Shown here one piece after another: positions 24,131-37,702 of a stretch of DNA of 64,000 nt. Source of the stretch: Mobula hypostoma (taxonomy: Eukaryota); contig NC_086108.1 in the NCBI RefSeq assembly GCF_963921235.1, positions 117,678,001 through 117,742,000 on the forward strand, written 5' to 3'. The first letter of the stretch is position 1; each line of letters begins with the position of its first letter. A program made the position numbers and the translations under genes. The notes below the pieces were generated by a model. That model made no database searches, had not been told where the DNA came from, and saw nothing but the letters and a program-made list of their open reading frames with translations.

Positions 24131-26292
24131 TTTACCAGGATGTTGCCTGGATTGGAAAACAAGTTTATGAGGCAATGTTAGCAGAGCTGGGACTTTTTCT
24201 CTTCTGAGCGCAGAAGGATGAGAGGGGATTTGATAGAGGTCTGCAAGATTATGAGAGGCATAGATAGGGTAGATAGCCAGTACCTGTTTCCCAGGCCATG
24301 AATAGCAAACACCAGAGGGCATATGTACAAAGTTAAGGGAGGGAAGTTTAGGGGAGACATCAGGGGTAAGTTTTTTACACAGAGGGTTGTGGGTGCCTGG
24401 AATGACTTGCCAGGGATGGTGGTAGAGGCTAAAACATTAGGGGTGTTTAAGAGCCTCTTGGATAGGCACATGGTTGAAAGAAAAATAGAGGGTTACGGAG
24501 TAATGTGGGTTTAGTTTGTTTTTATTAAGGAATATATGGGTCGACATAACATCGAGGGCAGAAGGGCCTGTACTGTGCTGTCGTATCTCTTATGTCTAGT
24601 GACTCTGTATACACTTCTCACTGTCTCAGTAAAGGAGCCAGCATAATCAAAGACCCAACCAACCCATAAAGCCATAAGACATAGGAGCAGAAGTGGGCCA
24701 TTTAGCCCATTGAGTCTGTTCTGCCATTTAATCATGGGCTGATCCAATTCTTCCAGTCATCTCCACTCCCCTGCCTTCTCCCCATACCCTTTGATGCTCT
24801 GGCTAATCAAGAACCTGTCAATCTCTGCTTTAAATGCACCCAATGACTTGGCCTCCACAGCTGCTCATGGCAACAAATTCCACAGATCTACCACCTTCTG
24901 ACGAAAGTAATTTCTCCACATCTCTGTTCTAAATGGACGTTCTTCTATCCTGAAGTCGTGCCCTCTGGTCCTAGACTCCCCTAACATGGGAAATAACTTT
25001 GCCAGATCTATGCTGTTCAGGCCTTTTAACATTCGGAACGTTTCTATGAGATCCTCCCTCATTCGCCAGAACACCAGGGAATACAGCCCAAGAGCTGCCA
25101 GACGTTCTTCATATGGTAACACTTTCGTTCTGTTACTGTTGGGGGGAATGACTTATCTGGGACTAGCTGCAGTAGCCGGATCTCTGGCACTGAGTCTGGC
25201 TCTGCAGTGCAGAAGGGAGGGGGGAGAAAGAGGAGAGCGGTAGGGATAGGGGACTCGATAGTTAGAGGTGCAGATAGAAGGTTCTGTGGTCGTGACAGAG
25301 AATCCAGGATGGTTTGTTGCCTCCCAGGTGCCAGGGTCAAGGATGTCTCTGATCGATTGCATGACATTCTGAAGCGGGAGGGTGACCAGTCAGATGTCGT
25401 GGTGCACATCGGTACCAATGACATAGCAAGGAAGAGTGAAGAGGTCCTGGACAGTGAGTATAGAGAGCTTGGTAGGAAGTTGAAAAGCAGAACTTCGAGG
25501 GTGGTAACCTCAGGATTGCTACCTGTGCTACGTGCCAGTGAGGGTAGGAATAGGATGCTCTGGAGGAGGAACAAGTGGCTGAGGAACTGCTGTAGGGGGC
25601 AGGGTTTCAGATTTCAGGATCATTGGGACCTCTTCTGGGGCAGGTGGGACCTGTACAAGAGAGACGGGTTACACTTGAACTACAAGGGGACCAATATCCT
25701 TTCAGGGAGGTTTGTTAGTGCTATTGGGGAGGCTTTAAACTAGATTTGCAGGGGGATGGGAACCAGAGTGCCAGAGCTGACAGTGTGGCTGGGGTGAAAA
25801 TAAATGATGTTAAAAGTTCAAGCAAATCCGCTAATAGAAAGGTTGTGAGTGGTGGTAAAAATCTTCTGAGGTGTATGTATTTCAATGCTAGGAGTATTGC
25901 GGGGAAGGCGGATGAGTTGAGGGTGTGGATTGACACGTGAAATTATGACGTTATAGCAATTAGTGAACTTGGCTACAGGAGGGGCAGGACTGGCAGCTTA
26001 ATATTCCAGGGTTCTGATGTTTCAGATGTGATCGAGGCAGAGGAATGAAAGGTGGGGGAGTAGCATTGCTTGTTAGGGAAAATATTACAGCAGTGCTCAG
26101 GCCGGACAGATTAGAGGGCTTGTCTACTGAGTCCTTATGGATGGAGCTGAGAAACAGGAAAGGTATGGCCACATTAGTGGGGTTGTATTACAGACCACCC
26201 AATAGTCAGCGAGAATTGGAGGAGCAAATCTGCAGAGAGATAGCAGGCAACTGCAGGAAACATAAAGTTGTGGTGGTAGGGGATTTTAATTT

Positions 26293-28202
26293 TAGAAACA
26301 TAGAAAATAGGTGCAGCAGTAGGCCATTTGGCTCTTCGAGCCTGCACCGCCATTCAGTATGATCATGGCTGATCATCCAACTCAGAACCCTGTACCAGCC
26401 TTCCCTACATACCCACTGATCCCTTTAGCCACAAGGGCCATATCTAACTCCCTCTTAAATATAGCCAATGAACTGGCCTCAACTGTTTCCTGTGGCAGAG
26501 AATTCCACAGATTCAGCACTCTCTGTGTGAAGAAGTTTTTCCTAATCTCGGTCCTAAAAGGCTTCCCCTTCATCCTCAAATGTGACCCCTCGTTCTGGAC
26601 TTCCCCAACATCGGGAACAATCTTCCTGCATCTAGCCTGTCCAATCCCTATATGTTTCAATAAGATGCCCCCTCAATCTTCTAAATTCCAATGAGTATAA
26701 GCCTAGTTGATCCAGTCTTTCATCATATGAAAGTCCTGCCATCCCAGGAATCAATCTGGTGAACCTTCTTTGTACTCCCTCTATGACAAGAATGTCTTTC
26801 CTCAGATTAGGGGACCAAAACTGCACACAATACTCCAGGTGTGGTCTCACCAAGGCCTTGCACAACTGCACTATTACCTCCCTGCTCCTGTACTCGAATC
26901 CTCTTGCTATGAATGCCAGCATACCATTCGCCTTTTTCACCTCCCGCTGTACCTGCATGCCCACTTTCAATCACTGGTGTATAATGACACCCAGGTCTCG
27001 TTGCACCTCCCCTTTTCCTAATTGGCCACCATTCAGATAATAATCTGTTTTCCTGTTTTTGCCACCAAAGTGGATAACATCATATTTATCCACATTAAAT
27101 TGCCTCTGCCATGAATTTGCCCACTCACCTAACCTATCCAAGTCACCCTGCATCCTCTTAGCATCCTCCTCACAGCTAACACTGCCGCCCAGCTTCGTGT
27201 CATCTGCAAACTTGGAGATGCTGCATTTAATTCCCTCATCTAAGTCATTAATATATATTGTAAACAACTGGGGTAAGCACTGAGCCTTGCGGTACCCCAC
27301 TAGTCACTGTCTACCATTCTGAAAAGGTCCCATTTATTCCCACTCTTTGCTTCCTGTCTGCCAACCAATTCTCTATCCATATTAATACCTTATCCCCAAT
27401 ACCGTGTGCTTTAAGTTTGCACACTAATCTCCTGTGTGGGACCTTGTCAAAAGCCTTTTAAAAATCCAAATATACCACATCCACTGGTTCTCCCCTATCC
27501 ACTCTACTAGTTACATCCTCAAAAAATTCTATGAGATTCGTCAGACACGATTTTCCTTTCACAAATCCATGCTGACTTTGTCCGACGATTTCACCGCTTT
27601 CCGAATGTGCTGTTATCACATCTTTGATAACTGACTTGAGCATTTTCCCCACCACCGATGTTAGGCTAACTGGTCTATAATTCCCCGGTTTCTCTCTCCC
27701 TCCTTTTTTAAAAAGCGGGGTTACATTAGCCACCCTCCAATCCTCAGGAACTAGTCCAGAATCTAAAGAGTTTTCAAAAATTATCACTAATGCATCCACT
27801 ATTTCTTGGGCTACTTCCTTAAGCACTCTGGGATGCAGACCATCTGGCCCTGGGGATTTATCTGCTTTTAATCCCTTCAATTTACCTAACACCACTTCCC
27901 TACTAACATGTATTTCCCTCAGTTCCTCCATCTCACTAGTCCCTCTGTCCCCTACTATTTCTGGAAGATTATTTATGTCCTCCTCAGTGAAGACAGAACC
28001 AAAGTCAATTGGTCTGCCATGTCCTTGTTCCCCATAATCAATTCACCTGTTTCTGTCTGTAGTGGACCCACATTTGTCTTAAACAATCTTTTTCTTTTCA
28101 CATATCTATAAAAGCTTTTACAGTCAGTTTTTATGTTCCCTGCCAGTTTTCTCTCATAATCTTTTTTCCCTTTCCTAATTAAGCCCTTTGTCCTCCTCTG
28201 CT
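26293..28202 (-). mobile_element. CR1 LINE, same subfamily as 8046-10937; probable 5' part at about 31917-32997
   Basis: Near-identical to about 8046-9960; ORF1 esterase motifs at 32258-33031. Confidence 0.88.
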
Positions 28203-28204
28203 CG

Positions 28205-28617
28205 AAAGTATGCATTATGATCAGAGATTAAAGGAGCTTGGGCTTCACTCTTTGGAGAGAAGGAGGATGAGAGGAGACATGATAGAGGTGTACAAGATAA
28301 TAAGAGAAATAGATAGAGTGGACAGCCAGCGCCTCTACCCCAGGGCACTGCTCAATACAAGAGGACATGGCTTTTAGGTAAGGGGTGGGAAGTTCAAGGG
28401 GGATATTAGAGGAAGGTTTTTTACTCAGAGAGTGGTTGGTGCGTGGAATGCACTGCCTGAGTCAGTGGTGGAGGCAGATACACTAGTGAGGTTTGAGAGA
28501 CTACTAGACAGGTATATGGAGGAATCTAAGGTGGGGGCTTATATGGGAGGCAGGGTTTGAGGGTCGGCACAACATTGTGGGCCAAAGGGCCTGTACTGTG
28601 CAGTACTATTCTATGTT
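28205..28617 (+). mobile_element. CR1 3' end
   Basis: Same subfamily as 18176-18866 and 41003-43432; ends in tattctatgt. Confidence 0.88.
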
Positions 28618-31600
28618 ATATTATCTTGTACACCTCTATCATGTCTCCTCTCATCCTCCTTCTCTCCAAAGGGTAAAGCCCTAGATCCCTTAATCTCTGA
28701 TCATAATGCATACTTTCTAAACCAGGCAGCATCCTGGTAAATCTCCTCTGTACCCTTTCCAATGCTTCCACATACTTCCTATAGTGAGGTGACCAAAACT
28801 GGATACAATACTCCAAGTGTGGCCTAACCAGTGTTTTATAGAGCTGCATCATTACATCGCGATTCTTAAACTCTATCCCTCGACTTATGAAAGCTAACAC
28901 CCCATAAGCTTTCTTAACTACCCTATCCACCTGTGAGGCAAATTTCAGGGATCTGTGGACATGTACCCTGAGATCCCTCTGCTCCTCCACACTACCAAGT
29001 ATCCTGCCATTTACTTTGTACTCTGCCTTGGAGTTTGTCCTTCCAAAGTGTAGCACCTCACACTTCTCCGGGTTGAACTCCATCTGCCACTTCTCAGCCC
29101 ACTTCTGCATCCTATCAATGTCTCTCTGCAATCCTTGACAATCCTCTACACTATCTACAACACCACCAACCTTTGTGTCGTCTGCAAACTTGCCCACCCA
29201 CCCTTCTACCTCCACATCCAGGTGGTTAATAAAAATCAAGAAAAGTAGAGGTCCCAGAACAGATCCTTGAGGGACACCACTAGTCACAATCCTCCAATCT
29301 GAATATACTCCCTCCACCGCCACCCTCTGCCTTCTGCAGGCAAGCCAATTCTGAATCCACCTGGCCAAACTTCCCTGGATCCCATGCCTTCTAACTTTCT
29401 GAATATGCCTACCGTGTGGAACCTTGTCAAATGCCTTACTAAAATCCATATAGATCACATCCACTGCACTACCCTCATCTATATGCCTGGTCACCTCCTC
29501 AAAGAACTCTATCAGGCTTGTTAGACACGATCTTCCCTTCACAAAGCCATGCTGACTGTCCCTGATCAGACCATGATTCTCTAAATGCCTATAGATCCTA
29601 TCTCTAAGAATCTTTTCCAACAGCTTTCCCACCACAGATGTAAGTCTCACTGGTCTATAATTACCTGGACTATCCCTACTACCTTTTTTGAACAAGGGAA
29701 CAACATTCGCCTCCCTCCAATCCTCCGGTACCATTCCCCTGGACAACAAGGACATAAAGATCCTAGCCAGAGGCTGAGCAATCTCTTCCCTCGCCTCATG
29801 GAGCAGCCTGGGGAATATTCCTCCAGGACCCGGGGACTTATCTGTCCTAATGTATTTTAACAACTCCAACACCTCCTCTCCCTTAATATCAACATGCTCC
29901 AGAACCTCAACCTCACTCATATTGTCCTCACCATCATCAAGTTCCCTTTCATTGCTGAATACCGAAGAGAAGTATTGATTGAGGACCTCGCTTACTTCCA
30001 CAGCCTCCAGGCACATCTTCCCACCTTTATCTCTAATCGGTCCTACCCTCACTCCTGTCATCCTTTTTTTCTTCACATAATTGAAGAATGCCTTGGGGTT
30101 TTCCTTTACCCTACTCGCCAAGGCCTTCTCATGCCCCCTTCTTGCTCTTCTCAGCCCCTTCTTAAGCTCCTTTCTTGCTTCCCTTCTTTCCTCAATAGAC
30201 CCATCTGATCCTTGCTTGCTAAACCTCATGTATGCTGTCTTCTTCCACACTGACTAGATTTTCCACCTCACTTGTCACCCATGGTTCCTTCACGCTACCA
30301 TTCTTTATCTTCCTCACCGGGACAAATTTATCCCTAACATCCCGCAAGAGATCTCTAAACATCGACCACATGTCTATAGTACATTTCCCTGCAAAAACAT
30401 CATCCCAATTCTAGCAAATCACCCGCAAGTTCTAGCCTTATAGCCTCATAATTTGCCTTTCCCCAATTAAAAATTTTCCTGTCTTGTCTGATTCTATCCT
30501 TTTCCATGATAATGCTAAAGGCCAGGGAGCGGTGGTCACTGTGCCCCAGATGCTCAGCCACTGAGAGATCTGTGACCTGACCTGGTTCATTACCTAGTAC
30601 TAGATCTAGTATGGCATTCCCCCTGGTCGGCCTGTCCACATACTGTGACAGGAATCCGTCCTGGACACACTTAACAAACTCTGCCCCATCTAAACCTTTG
30701 GAACTAATCAGGTGCCAATCAATATTAGGGAAGTTAAAGTCACCCATGATAACAACCCTGTTATGTTTGCACATTTTCAAAATCTGCCTCCTAATCTGCT
30801 CTTCTGTATCTCTGCTGCTGCCTATAGAATACCCCCAATAGAGTAACTGCTCCCTTCCTGTTCCTGACTTCCACCCATATTGACACCAAAGGGGATCCTG
30901 CTACATTACTCACCCTTTCTGTAGCTGTAATAGTATCCCTGACCAGTAATGCCACCCCTCCTCCCCTTTTTCCGCCCTCTCTATCCCTTTTAAAGCACTG
31001 AAATCCAGGAATATTGAGAATCCATTCCTGCCCTGGTGCCAGCCAAGTCTCTGTAATGGCTACTACATCATAATTCCATGCACTGGCAGCAATCCTGAGA
31101 ACGCCACCCTGGAGGTCCTGTTCTTCAGCCCTCTGCCTAGTTCCAGAAACTCACACTTCAGGACCTCATCCCTCTTCCTGCTTATGTTGTTGGTCCCAAC
31201 ATGTATCACGACTTTTGGTTGCTTTTCCTCTCGTACCAGGATGTCGTGCACCCGGTCAGAGACATCCCGGACCCTGGAGCCTGGGAGGCAACAAACCATG
31301 TGGGTGTCCTTCTCACGTCCACAAAACCTCCTGTCTGCTCCCCTGACTATAGAGTCTCCAATGACGACAGCTCTCCTCTTCTCCGTCCCACCCTTCTGCA
31401 CCACTGGGTCAGACTCTGTGCCGGAGGTCCTGCCACCGTGGCTCACACCTGGTCGGTCGTCCCTGCCAACAGTATCCAGGACGGTAAACTTATTATTCAG
31501 GGGAATGGCTGCAGGGGTGCTCTGCACTGCCTGTCTGCTCACCTTTGCTTTTCCCCCTCTGACTGTCACCCAACGACCTGCTTCCGACAGCCTAGGTGTG

Positions 31601-31920
31601 ACTACCTCCCTGTAGCTCTCATCTATGACTGCCTCATTCTCTTTTATGAGTCGAAGGTCATCCAACTGCTGCTCCAGATTCCTTACACGGTCTTCCAGAT
31701 CGCCCAGCCGTGTGCACTTCTGGCGGATGTGACTCTGCGGGAGAGGGGCGTTCCCCCAAGACTGCCACATCTCACATGAGAGGCACATCACCGTCTCAGG
31801 AGACATTGTAAAAACTAACTGCGAGCTAGCTTGTCCTCCGCTTCCTCTCGTCGAAGCCTCGCGAATCAAAGCCTCAAAGCTCCACTCCTTCACTGGCCCA
31901 CTCGCTCTGGCCGCTTTCCA
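28617..31920 (-). mobile_element. Near full-length CR1 LINE (ORF1 zinc finger, coiled coil, esterase; ORF2) with an internal deletion near 31080 and no 3' end
   Basis: ORF 31063-31950 (CLSCEMW..QKC, GDSIVRG); 544-aa RT ORF 28616-30250. Confidence 0.9.
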
Positions 31921-34900
31921 CCTTGTTACGAATGCTCCTTGCATTGACACACAAAGCCTTCAGGCTCGCTTTTACAACACTCCTAGCCCTTATACAATTA
32001 TGTTGAAAAGTGGCCCTTTCTGATTTTTGCCCTGGATTTGTCGGCCTGCCACTTTTACTTTTCACCTGACTACTTTTTGCTTCTACCCTCATTTTACACC
32101 CCTCTGTCTCTCTGCACTTGTTCCCATCCCCCTGTTGTGAACTAACCTCCTCTCTCCTAGTCTCTTTAATTTGATTCCCACCCCCCAACCATTCTAGTTA
32201 AAGTCACCTCAGTAGCCCTCGCAAATCTCCCCGCCAGGATATTGGTCCCCCTAGGATTCAAGTGTAACCCGTCCTTTTTGTACAGGTCACACCTGCACCA
32301 AAAGAGGTCCCAGTGATCCAAAAACTTGAATCCCTGCCCCTGCTCCAATCCCTCAGCCACACATTTATCCTCCACCTCATTACATTCCTACTCTCACTAT
32401 TGTGTAGCATGGGCAGTAATCCCGAGATTATTACCTTTGTAGTCCTTTTTCTCAACTCCCTGTATTCTCCTTTCAGGACCTCTTCCCTTTTCCTACCTAT
32501 GTCATTGGTACTTATATGTACCACGACCTCTGGCTCCTCACCCTCCCACTTCAGGATATCTTGGACGCGATCAGAAATATCCCGGACCCTGGCACCAGGG
32601 AGGCAAACTACCATCCGGGTCTCTGGACCCCGTCCACAGAATCACCTATCTAACCCCCTTACTATCGAGTCCCCTATTACTACTGCCCTCCCCTTCCTTT
32701 CCCTACCCTTCTGAGCTACAGGGCCGGACTCTGTGCCGGAGGCACGGCCACTGTCGCTTCCCCCAGGTAAGTTGTCCCCCCCAGCAGTACTCAAACAAGA
32801 GTACTTATTGTCAAGGAGCACAGCCACTGGGGTACTCTCTAGTACCTGACCTTTCCCCTTCCCCTTCCTAACCATGAACCACTTGTCTGCCTCCCGTGGC
32901 CCTGGTGTGACCACCTGCCTGTAACTCCTCTCTATCAACGCCTCACTCTCCCTGACCAGACAAAGGTCATCAAGCTGCAGCTCCAGTTCCCTAATGCATA
33001 TATATTTCCACATATTGATTGGGACTCCCATACTGTTAGGGGTCTAGATGGGTTAGAGTTTGTAAAATCTGTTCAGGAAAGTTTTCTAAATCAATAGATT
33101 CAGGTACCAACTGGAGCAGATGCAGTATTAGATCTCCTATTAGGAAACAAGTTAGGACAAGTGACGGAAGTGTGTGTAGGGGAGAACTTTGGTTCCAGTG
33201 ATCATAACACTATTAGTTTCAACTTGATCATGGATAAAGATAGATCTTGTCCTAGGGTTGAGGTTCTAAACTGGAAGAAGGCCAAATTTGAAGAAATGAG
33301 AAAGGATCTAAAAAGTGTGTATGGGACAGGTTGTTCTCTGGCAAGGATGTGATTGGTAAGTGGGAAGCCTTCAAAGGAGAAATTTTGAGAGTGCAGAGCT
33401 TGTATGTTCCTGTCAGGATTAAAGGCAAAGTGAATAGGAATAAGGAACCTTGGTTCTCAAGGGATATTGCAACTCTGATAAAGAAGAAGAGGGAGTTGTA
33501 TGAAATGTATAGGAAACATGGAGTAAATAAGGTGCTTGAGGAGTATAAACAGTGCAAGATAAAACTTAAGAAGGATATCAGGAGGGCTAAAAGAAGACAT
33601 GAGGTTGCCTTGGCAGTCAAAGTGAAGGATAATCCAAAGAGCTTTTACAGGTATATTAAGAGTAAAAGGATTGTAAGGGATAAAATTGGTCCTCTTGAAG
33701 ATCAGAGTGATCGGCTATGTGCGGAAACAAAAGAAATGGGGGGGGATCTTAAATGGTTTTTTTGTGTCTGTATTTACTAAGGAAACAGGCATGAAGTCTA
33801 TGGAATTAACGGAAATGTAGTGAGATCATGGAAACTGTACAGATTGAAAAGGAGGAAGCGTTTGCTACCTTGAGGCAAATAGAAGTAGATAAATCTCCAG
33901 GACCTGACAGGGTATTCCCTTGGACCTTGAAGGAGACTAGTGTTGAAATTGCAGGGGCCCTGGCGGATATATATAAAAGGTCGGTGTCTACAGGTGAGGT
34001 GCCGGAGGATTGGAGAATGGCTCATGTTGTTCCGTTGCTTAAAAAAGGATCGAAAAGTAAACCGGAAAATTATAGGCCAGTAAGTTTGACGTCGGTAGTG
34101 GGTAAGTTATTGGAGGGAATACTAAGAGACAGAATCTACAAGCATTTGGATAGACAGGGACTTATTAGGGAGAGTCAACATGGCTTTGTGCATAGTAGGT
34201 CATGTTTGACCAATCTATTGGAGTTTTTCGAGGAGGTTACCAGGAAAGTGGATGAAGGGAAGGCCAGTGGATGTTGTCTACATGGACTTCAGTAAGGCCT
34301 TTGACAAGGTTCCGCATGGAAGGTTAGTTAGGAAAATTCAGTCGCTAGGTATACATGGAGAGGTGGTAAATTGGATTAGACATGGAAGAAGCCAAAGGGT
34401 GGTACTTAATGGAAGAAGCCAAAGAGTGGTAGTAGAGGATTGCTTCTCTGAGTGGAGGCCTGTGACTAGTGGTGTGCCACAGGGATCAGTGCTGGGTCCA
34501 TTGTTATTTGTCATCTATATCAGTGATCTGGATGATAACGTGGTAAATTGGATCAGCAAATTTGCTGATGATACAAAGATTGGAGGTGTAGTGGACAATG
34601 AGGAAGGTTTTCAAAGCTTGCAGAGGGATTTGGACCAGCTGGAAAAATGGGCTGAAAAATGGCAGATGGAGTTTAATACAGACAAGTGTGAGGTATTGCA
34701 CGTTGGAAGGACAAACCAAGGTAGAACATACAGGGTAAATGGTAAGGCACTGAGGAATGCAGTAGAACAGAGGGATCTGAGAATACGGATACAAAATTCC
34801 TTAAAAGTGACGTCACAGGTAGATAGGGTCGTAAAGAGAGCTTTTGGTACATTGGCCTTTATTAATCAAAGTATTGAGTATAAGAGCTGGAATGTTATGA

Positions 34901-36624
34901 TGAGGTTGTATAAGGCATTGGTGAGGCCGAATCTGGAGTATTGTGTTCAGTTTTGGTCACCAAATTATAGGAAGGATATTAATAAGGTTGAAAGAGTGCA
35001 GAGAAGGTTTACAAGGATGTTGCCGGGACTTGAGACACTCAGTTACAGAGAAAGGTTGAATAGGTTAGGACTTTATTCCCTGGAGCGTAGAAGAATGAGG
35101 GGAGATTTAATAGAGATATATAAAATTATGATGGGTATAGATAGAGTGAATGCAAGCAGGCTTTTTCCACTGAGGCAAGGGGAGAAAAAAAACAGATGAC
35201 ATGGGTTAAGGGTGAGGGGGGAAAAGTTTAAAGGGAACATTAGGGGGGGCTTCTTCACACAGAGAGTGGTGGGAGTGTGGAATGAGCTGCCAGATGAGGT
35301 GGTAAATGCGGGTTCTTTTTTAACATTTAAGAATAAATTGGACAGATATATGGATGGGAGGTGTATGGAGGGATATGGTCCATGTGCAGGTCAGTGGGAC
35401 TAGGCAGAAAAATGGTTCAGCACAACCAAGAATGGCCAAAAGTCCTGTTTCTGTGCTGTAGTTTTTCCATGGTTTCTATGGTTCCTGGAATCATTCTCGT
35501 GAATCTTCTCTGAACCCTCTCCAATGTCAGTGTGTCCTTTCTAAAATAAGGAGCCCAAAACTGCACACAATACTCTTTCAGAGTCTCAACATCACATCCC
35601 TGCTCTTATATTCTATATCTCTAGAAATGAATGCCAACATTGCATTCGCCTTTTTCACCACCGACTCTACCTGGAGGTTAACCTTTAGGATATCTTGCAC
35701 AAGGACGCCCAAGTCCCTCTGCATCTCTGCATTTTGAATTCTCTCCCCATCTAAATAATAGCCTGACTGTTTACTTCTTTCCCCAAAGTGCATGAATATA
35801 ACCCTGAATATGCTCTCTTCTTCCCTGAGGAAAGCAGTAAGCATAATCAAAGACCCCACCACTCCTGGGCGTTCTCTCTTCCCCCCTCTCAGGCATCAGT
35901 CACAGTTTGAGGATAAAGGGGAAGCCTTTTAGGACTGAGCTGAGGAAAAACTCTTCACACAGAGAGTGGTGAATCTGTGGAATTCTCTGCACAGGAAACA
36001 GTTGAGGCCAGTTCATTGGCTCTATTTAAGATGGAGTTAGTTATGGCCCTTGTGGCTAAAGGGATCGGGGGTATGGAGAGAAGGCAGGTACAGGGTTCTG
36101 AGTTAGATGATCAGCCATGATCATACTGAATGGCGGTGCAGGCTCGAAGGGCCTACTCCTGCACCTATTTTCTATGTTTCTATAAAATACAAAAGCCTGA
36201 AAACATGTACCACAAAGCTCAAGTACAGCTTCTACCCCACTGTTAGGGGTAGAACAGGCCTATTGTACGACAAGATGGTCTCCTTGTCTCAGAATCTATC
36301 TCGTTATGATCTTGCACTTTATCGTTTACCTGCATTGCACTTTTCCAGTGGCACTCATACAGCATTCTGAATTGTTGTTATTGTATCATGTTCTAGTTTA
36401 TGTATATTAACTCTGCCTTTACATCTTTAGCTCCATCATCTGACCTAACTGTCTAGTTCCGATCTCTCTGCCAACCGTGTTTAAACTCCCCCCAACAATT
36501 ATAGCAAATCTGCCTGCTCAACTCTCTCCATCTCAGTCCCACAAGTCTGACAACATCCTCATAAATCTCCTTTACATTCATTCCAGCTTAACGGTATCTT
36601 TGCTGTAGCAGGGTGACCAAAATG

Positions 36625-37264
36625 GAACACACTATTCCGAATAGGGAGGGTGAACACAATATTCCGAATACGGAGGGTGAACACACTATTCCGAATACGG
36701 AGGGTGAACACAATATTCCGAATAGGGAGGGTGAACACAATATTCCGAATACGGAGGGTGAACACACTATTCCGAATAGGGAGGGTGAACACAATATTCC
36801 GAATAGGGAGGGTGAACACACTATTCCGAATAGGGAGGGTGAACACAATATTCCGAATAGGGAGGGTGAACACACTATTCCGAATACGGAGGGTGAACAC
36901 AATATTCCGAATACGGAGGGTGAACACACTATTCCGAATAGGGAGGGTGAACACAATATTCCGAATACGGAGGGTGAACACACTATTCCGAATAGGGAGG
37001 GTGAACACAATATTCCGAATAGGGAGGGTGAACACAATATTCCGAATACGGAGGGTGAACACAATATTCCGAATAGGGAGGGTGAACACAATATTCCGAA
37101 TACGGAGGGTGAACACACTATTCCGAATAGGGAGGGTGAACATAATATTCCGAATACGGAGGGTGAACACACTATTCCGAATACGGAGAGTGAACACACT
37201 ATTCCGATAACGGAGGGTGAACGCACTATTCCGAATACGGAGGGTGAATTCAACATTCCAAATA
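36625..37264. repeat. 27-bp minisatellite, about 24 copies (GAACACAMTATTCCGAATASGGAGGGT)
   Basis: Directly visible tandem array with two variable positions. Confidence 0.97.
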
Positions 37265-37317
37265 GAGCCTCACCAACCTTTTGTACAAATGGAACAACTA
37301 ATGTGATTCTTTTTCAG

Positions 37318-37383
37318 ACCATTTCCCACAGAAGTTTCTGAAGCCGATGAAGACATTTACAAGAGCCTTGCTGATCTTATTGA
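37318..37383 (+). CDS. vav3: VAV-family GEF (VAV3-like) coding exon, start of acidic region (about exon 4)
   Basis: tttttcag acceptor, gtaggt donor; 66 nt encoding (R)PFPTEVSEADEDIYKSLADLI(D), matching the VAV PFPTE..DEDIY motif; phase fits next exon. Confidence 0.9.
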
Positions 37384-37434
37384 GTAGGTTGAACATCTGC
37401 AAGTCATTGGTAACAAATATGAATGTATGAATAA

Positions 37435-37535
37435 CAGCAACACACACAAAAATGCTGCCTGGCCTGCTGCGTTCACCAGCATTTTCTGTGTGTGTTGCTT
37501 GAATTTCCAGCATCTGCAGATTTGCTTGTGTCTTG
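37435..37535. mobile_element. Short fold-back PLE remnant
   Basis: About 22-bp inverted arm, about 36-nt extension, 11-bp TSD tgtatgaataa. Confidence 0.75.
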
Positions 37536-37702
37536 TGTATGAATAATATTTAAGTTTTGCTTCCAGCACCACAAAGACGATCCTGACACCTAGTGCTATG
37601 TTTATGGCATTTCCAGGGCTGCCCTGGGAGCTTCAGTTTCCTCTCACACTGTGGTACTGTGGGAGGGTCACGCTCACACTCACACTCACACTTTCCTCTC
37701 AC

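Larger units (their letters stand above)
20835..24598 (+). mobile_element. CR1 LINE RT region, split by Rex1 (21563-23435) and a PLE (23838-24130)
   Basis: [26 protein letters not shown], then WQMEFNPDKC..LVRPHLEYC after the insert. Confidence 0.88.
25130..35484 (+). mobile_element. CR1 LINE (ORF1 SGNH esterase plus ORF2) split at about 26291/33007 by about 6.7 kb of other CR1s; itself inside a minus-strand CR1 (about 24665-25125 and 35485-35803)
   Basis: ORF1 IGDSIVRG..HIGTND..RDGLHLN; endonuclease GDFNF rejoins PHIDWD across the gap; RT ORF 34252-35199. Confidence 0.85.

Noticed and set aside
36634..36644. STAT (GAS) or heat-shock element in the repeat unit
   Set aside because: TTC-C-GAA has a 1-nt spacer; GAS needs 3-4 and HSE needs 2.
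36625..37264. CRISPR-like array of 27-bp palindromic repeats
   Set aside because: No unique spacers, no cas genes, eukaryotic context; it is a head-to-tail minisatellite.
1..37317. Upstream VAV calponin-homology exon (and the next DH exon after 55850)
   Set aside because: No matching exon found by eye in the non-repeat gaps; probably outside the window, though a short exon could have been missed.
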